In this document: positions 60,172-64,000 of the stretch, in pieces
Numbering within the stretch: position 1 is the stretch's first letter
How the letters are laid out: each line of letters begins with the position of its first letter
Program-made: the position numbers and the translations under genes
Notes under the pieces: generated by a model
Databases searched by the model: none
Told to the model about the DNA's origin: nothing
Seen by the model: the letters and a program-made list of their open reading frames with translations, nothing else
Source of the DNA: Candidatus Delongbacteria bacterium
GTDB lineage: Bacteria; CAIWAD01
DNA length: 64,000 nt
Direction of reading: 5' to 3'
Assembly (NCBI GenBank): GCA_963663545.1
Contig: OY760505.1
Span: 3,328,001 to 3,392,000, forward strand

Positions 60172-60460
60172 CGTTGCTCTTCATCCATGCTCTTGTAACA
60201 CATGGGCTACGCAGCGCGGATTCGTGCTCTCTGGAATCGATTGTGATACTTCACATTAAAAAAGCCGGAAATCTGGATTTCGCGTGAGCCTCAGGGCGAG
60301 TCGGTGAACACGACAGGCGGGATTCGCGAAACGCTGGAACCCAGGATCGAGCTTCCGGAGGGCTGCCTAAGCGCAGAAGGCGCCTGTTTCGTAATGAAAG
60401 CCTGACACTTGTCGCAGGGCGGCGATTTCCAGTCCTGGCCCGGGCGGGAATGCCTGCAGA

Positions 60461-60476
60461 AGGCACGGCGCTTGCC
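60461..60476 (+). promoter_or_regulatory. Sigma-54-type -24/-12 promoter
   Basis: AGGCACGGCGCTTGCC: GG(60462-63)-N10-GC(60474-75). Confidence 0.55.
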
Positions 60477-60624
60477 TGTACATCCTCGCCGTTCCGTGGA
60501 CGAAAGTTCGGCTCAACCTCCTACATCCTGCTGTGATACTTCCAATCCTACATCCGGAGTAGACCGGTGTATCACAGCAACCGGAGAGTGCAAGCTCTTT
60601 GGTGTTACAATTCTGGAGGTATTC

Positions 60625-63600
60625 ATGAAGACGCTTGTTCGCCTCTGCTTGTGCTGTGGTCTCGCGCTTGGCGCTATTGCTGGCCCGGACAAGCTGGAGG
60701 CACCGGATCATCACAGTGCCGTCAGCCAGCGGACTCTTACGAAATCGCACGAGCTTGTGAGGCCCTTATCCATTGGAAATGCCCGATTGGCCGTACCCGA
60801 GAGGGAGCCAGTGCAGACGCCCATGCGCTACCGGCAGGAAAATGCGTGTCACAAAAAGGTGCCGTGCAGCTATCCCCTTCTTGAACTTCGCGATCTGCGG
60901 CAGGGGGGAGAGACCATCGCCGACGCAGTATCCATCTCGCTTCCCTTCAGCGGAACCGGGACAACGCTGGGGTATGCGGATGACTATGACGAAGCCTGCC
61001 AATGGCCAGCTACTGCGCCGGATGTGGTCTACGCGCTGACCGTGACGGTGACTGATGTGTACAACTTCGACCTCTTCGGCAGCGACTACGATACCAAGCT
61101 CTTTGTGTACGCGGCTGACGCTCAGAGTCTGGTGGCCTGCAACGACGACTACTGGAGCGACTACACCAGTGCCGTGCAAAACCTACCGCTTGTCGCTGGT
61201 GTGTATTACGTGGTCGTGGATGGCTACGGAACGAGTTCTGGCAACTACCAGCTCGAAATCGCCCGTAGCGAGGCCTGCGACCAGTTCGTCGTGACAGAAG
61301 TGCAGCTTCCTTACACGGGAAGTGCGTCCACTCTTGGTGCCCCCAACATCTGCGGCACAGAGGCCGGAGAAGTGGGCTTTCGGTTCACTTTGCTCGAATC
61401 GAGCCGCATAAGCGTGAGTACCTGCCTGCCGGGTACCAGCTACGACACCGACTCCTATCTCTTTTCCGGAAACCCGTGCGATGGCGGCAGGGAGCTGCTG
61501 TTCAACGATGGTGATTACGGTTGTACGTATCACGCCTGGGCTTCGGCCTGGTCGACGGAGTGTGGAGCTGTACCGGCGGGCAGCTATGTCTTGGTGATCA
61601 GCGGCTATGGAGACAGCGAGGGTGACTTTGAGCTAAGCATCAGTGCCGAGGCCTGCGATTGCGAGCCCGTACCCTGCGAGGGCACACAGGAAATAGAACC
61701 CAATAACGGCCCCGACGCGGAACCAGCGGCCTTTGGCAGCATCGCCTGCGCGGAGACGGTGTGCGGCAGCGTCTTTACTGCTCTTGGTGATAGCGGCGAA
61801 GTGACCTTGCGTGACACGGACTACTTTGAAATTCAATTGACCGCAGACGCAGAAGTACAACTGCAATTGGAGGTGGAGAACTTTGACGGCACACTGGCGC
61901 TGTTGGACGAAAGCCTGAATCTACTCGCCAGTGCGGACAATGCTGTGTACTGTGAAGGTGAGTTGCTGCCCATGGACTGCCTTCCAGCGGGAGTGTATTA
62001 CGCCCGTGTTGGATCCACAGCGGGATCGGTGATACAAGGATCGGCCAACTACGCTCTGAGCCTTGCCTGCACGGACTGCGAGTGGATTGATCCATGTGAC
62101 ACGGCGCCTGTGCTTGTGTGCAATGGCGCAGCGACCGTCGGAACCACCATCGGAGCTCCTGATAACGTCGGTTACGATTGCGGAGAGAGGATCTACACCT
62201 TCGAGCTGGCAAGGAGTTCGCTAGTGGACATTGACCTTTGCTCGGCACTCACCACGTATGACAGCTATCTACGTGTCTACGACCGTTGTCCGCTCGACAG
62301 CGATGCCGTGCAATTAGCCTTCAACGATGATGGTACCGAAGCCGACTGTGCCGATTCACTGCATGGCGCGCCCTATCCACCTTCGCACATCGCAGATCTG
62401 TTTCTTGAGGCCGGAAGCTACTGGATTGTGGTCGAGGGCTACGAGGCAGAAGGCAACTTCGAGCTCACGTTGAGCGCAACCGAGCACATCTGTACTCCTG
62501 TGTCTTGTGGTGGAACTCCGGAAGTAGAGCCCAACGATGGCCCCAATGTGGATCCGCCTGTTTTCGGGAGCCTCCTCTGCGGTGAGACCCTGTGCGGTAG
62601 CACGTACACGGACGTTGACAGTACCGGAGCTGGCATTCGTGATACGGACTTCTACGTGATCGAACTCTCCGCTCCGTCAATCCTGACTCTTTCGCTCGCG
62701 GTAGAGAACTTCGATGGCGAACTCTTGCTGCTAGATGATGAATACCGCGTCTTGGCATGCGCCGATGACCACGGCTACTGCGAGGACGAAGTGTTGATCA
62801 GCGATTGTTTGCCGCAGGGTGTGTATTACGCCTTTGTGGCTCACAATACATATTGGGGAGTGAGCCGTCCGGCCGGTTATGCCCTCAGCCTGCACAGCGA
62901 AAGCTGTGTCTACCAAAGTCCCTACACGTGCTGGCAAGCACCTGTATCACCAGAGGAGGACTGGTCCTTTGCGCTGATCAATGCAGGAGCTGGCAATCGG
63001 GTTGCCGAGCGCTTTGGTGAAGGCGGACGGATAACAGCCCTTGAGGTGCAGGTGTTGAGCTTGTATCACGACGGCATCGCCTGGAGCAGCTGTGAGGCGG
63101 GAGACGTGCAGGTCGAGTTGAGCTTCTACGAATTGGCTGGCGAACTCCCCGGTGATCTTGTCTCGACCCAGACTCTCGTCGGCAGCCTGAGCGAAAACGG
63201 CCAGCTCTTTGCCAGCGGAGACAGCCTCTTTGCGGCAAGCACTCTGCACTTGGCGCTGAGTGAACCGGTGATCCTGGAGGAGGGCTGGTTCTCGTTGCAG
63301 GAGCAGGGTGCCGACTGCTGGCTGCTGTGGGGCAACAGCATCTGTGGAGCCGATGGCCGTTGCCTAATCAACCAGGGCACTGGCTGGCTTGTCGAAGAAA
63401 ACGACAGGGATTTTGCGCTGACCGTGGACAGACCCTGCGATCGAATCGAAGACCTGGCGCTAACGATTGCCGGAAGTACGCTACTCCTATCCTGGTCCCA
63501 GGTAGCCGGTGCAAGCGACTACCTCGTGTACGCTTCGAACACTGGCTACGGCGATTTTGTCGAGATTGGCCGCAGTGGAGGGAGAACCAGCTTCACGGAT

Positions 63601-63657
63601 CCACTCGCTCTGGAGCGCGGCTGTCGCGTCTATCGTGTCACAGCTCTCTGTCCTTGA
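60625..63657 (+). CDS. Secreted Cys-rich protein with tandem PPC-like domains
   Basis: GGAGG RBS, signal peptide, repeats YDT/DSYL...NDD...G.Y.VV.GY and two E.EPN...RDTD(Y/F) units. Confidence 0.8.
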   Translation: MKTLVRLCLCCGLALGAIAGPDKLEAPDHHSAVSQRTLTKSHELVRPLSIGNARLAVPEREPVQTPMRYRQENACHKKVPCSYPLLELRDLRQGGETIADAVSISLPFSGTGTTLGYADDYDEACQWPATAPDVVYALTVTVTDVYNFDLFGSDYDTKLFVYAADAQSLVACNDDYWSDYTSAVQNLPLVAGVYYVVVDGYGTSSGNYQLEIARSEACDQFVVTEVQLPYTGSASTLGAPNICGTEAGEVGFRFTLLESSRISVSTCLPGTSYDTDSYLFSGNPCDGGRELLFNDGDYGCTYHAWASAWSTECGAVPAGSYVLVISGYGDSEGDFELSISAEACDCEPVPCEGTQEIEPNNGPDAEPAAFGSIACAETVCGSVFTALGDSGEVTLRDTDYFEIQLTADAEVQLQLEVENFDGTLALLDESLNLLASADNAVYCEGELLPMDCLPAGVYYARVGSTAGSVIQGSANYALSLACTDCEWIDPCDTAPVLVCNGAATVGTTIGAPDNVGYDCGERIYTFELARSSLVDIDLCSALTTYDSYLRVYDRCPLDSDAVQLAFNDDGTEADCADSLHGAPYPPSHIADLFLEAGSYWIVVEGYEAEGNFELTLSATEHICTPVSCGGTPEVEPNDGPNVDPPVFGSLLCGETLCGSTYTDVDSTGAGIRDTDFYVIELSAPSILTLSLAVENFDGELLLLDDEYRVLACADDHGYCEDEVLISDCLPQGVYYAFVAHNTYWGVSRPAGYALSLHSESCVYQSPYTCWQAPVSPEEDWSFALINAGAGNRVAERFGEGGRITALEVQVLSLYHDGIAWSSCEAGDVQVELSFYELAGELPGDLVSTQTLVGSLSENGQLFASGDSLFAASTLHLALSEPVILEEGWFSLQEQGADCWLLWGNSICGADGRCLINQGTGWLVEENDRDFALTVDRPCDRIEDLALTIAGSTLLLSWSQVAGASDYLVYASNTGYGDFVEIGRSGGRTSFTDPLALERGCRVYRVTALCP

Positions 63658-63976
63658 GCGATTTTTGAGCAAGCGTTCAAAATGGCCTCCGGCTCTGCAC
63701 ATACAGCAGAGCCGGATACTTATTGTGACAGGCGAGGCACTTGATAGACTGCTTCCTACAGAGGTGGCGATGAATATTTCTTGATTCTACGGTAAAGCGT
63801 ACTAAAATGACATGCATGACATTTTCCCTTGCCTTTTCCTTGGCCAAACCATACTCTCAGTGGGTCAAGATGTCAGATGTGGCACGCGACTTGTCCCGGA
63901 ACACATGGCGCGGCCCATAAAGGAAGCTCTCTCTTCATTACCGATACCTTTCATTTCTGTGCCAAAAGGAGAACAG

Positions 63977-64000
63977 ATGAAGAAGCATCTAGCTTGTTTG
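63977..64000 (+). CDS. Start of a probable exported protein (truncated by window end)
   Basis: AAGGAGA RBS then MKKHLACL. Confidence 0.55.

Overview
A ~59% GC bacterial chromosomal segment. Two exported proteins end in T9SS type-A-like sorting domains, which suggests an FCB-group organism (inference). Housekeeping content: rpsT, tRNA-Leu(CAG), PTS IIA, tatA, tsaC-like gene, feoA/feoB, an LPS/MsbA glycosyltransferase operon, P5C dehydrogenase, ppk2 and an iron-dependent alcohol dehydrogenase. There are also five sensor histidine kinases and four large secreted proteins. No integrase, transposase or CRISPR array was seen. The main unexplained signals are: (1) six overlapping TPR + coiled-coil genes (36848-43798), most ending in a four-Cys zinc-ribbon-like module instead of an enzymatic output domain, preceded by a sigma-54-type promoter and a structured, terminator-capped leader or sRNA; (2) the heptamer GTGATAC/GTATCAC, about 80 copies by hand count versus about 6 expected, on both strands, inside genes and at several stop/start junctions; (3) a 50-bp palindromic repeat found once intergenically and once in-frame at a domain junction of a GNAT-APRT-nucleotidyltransferase triple fusion; (4) a ~70-aa C-terminal domain shared by two large secreted proteins that also have sigma-54-type promoters. 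All calls come from reading the sequence; no searches were run.
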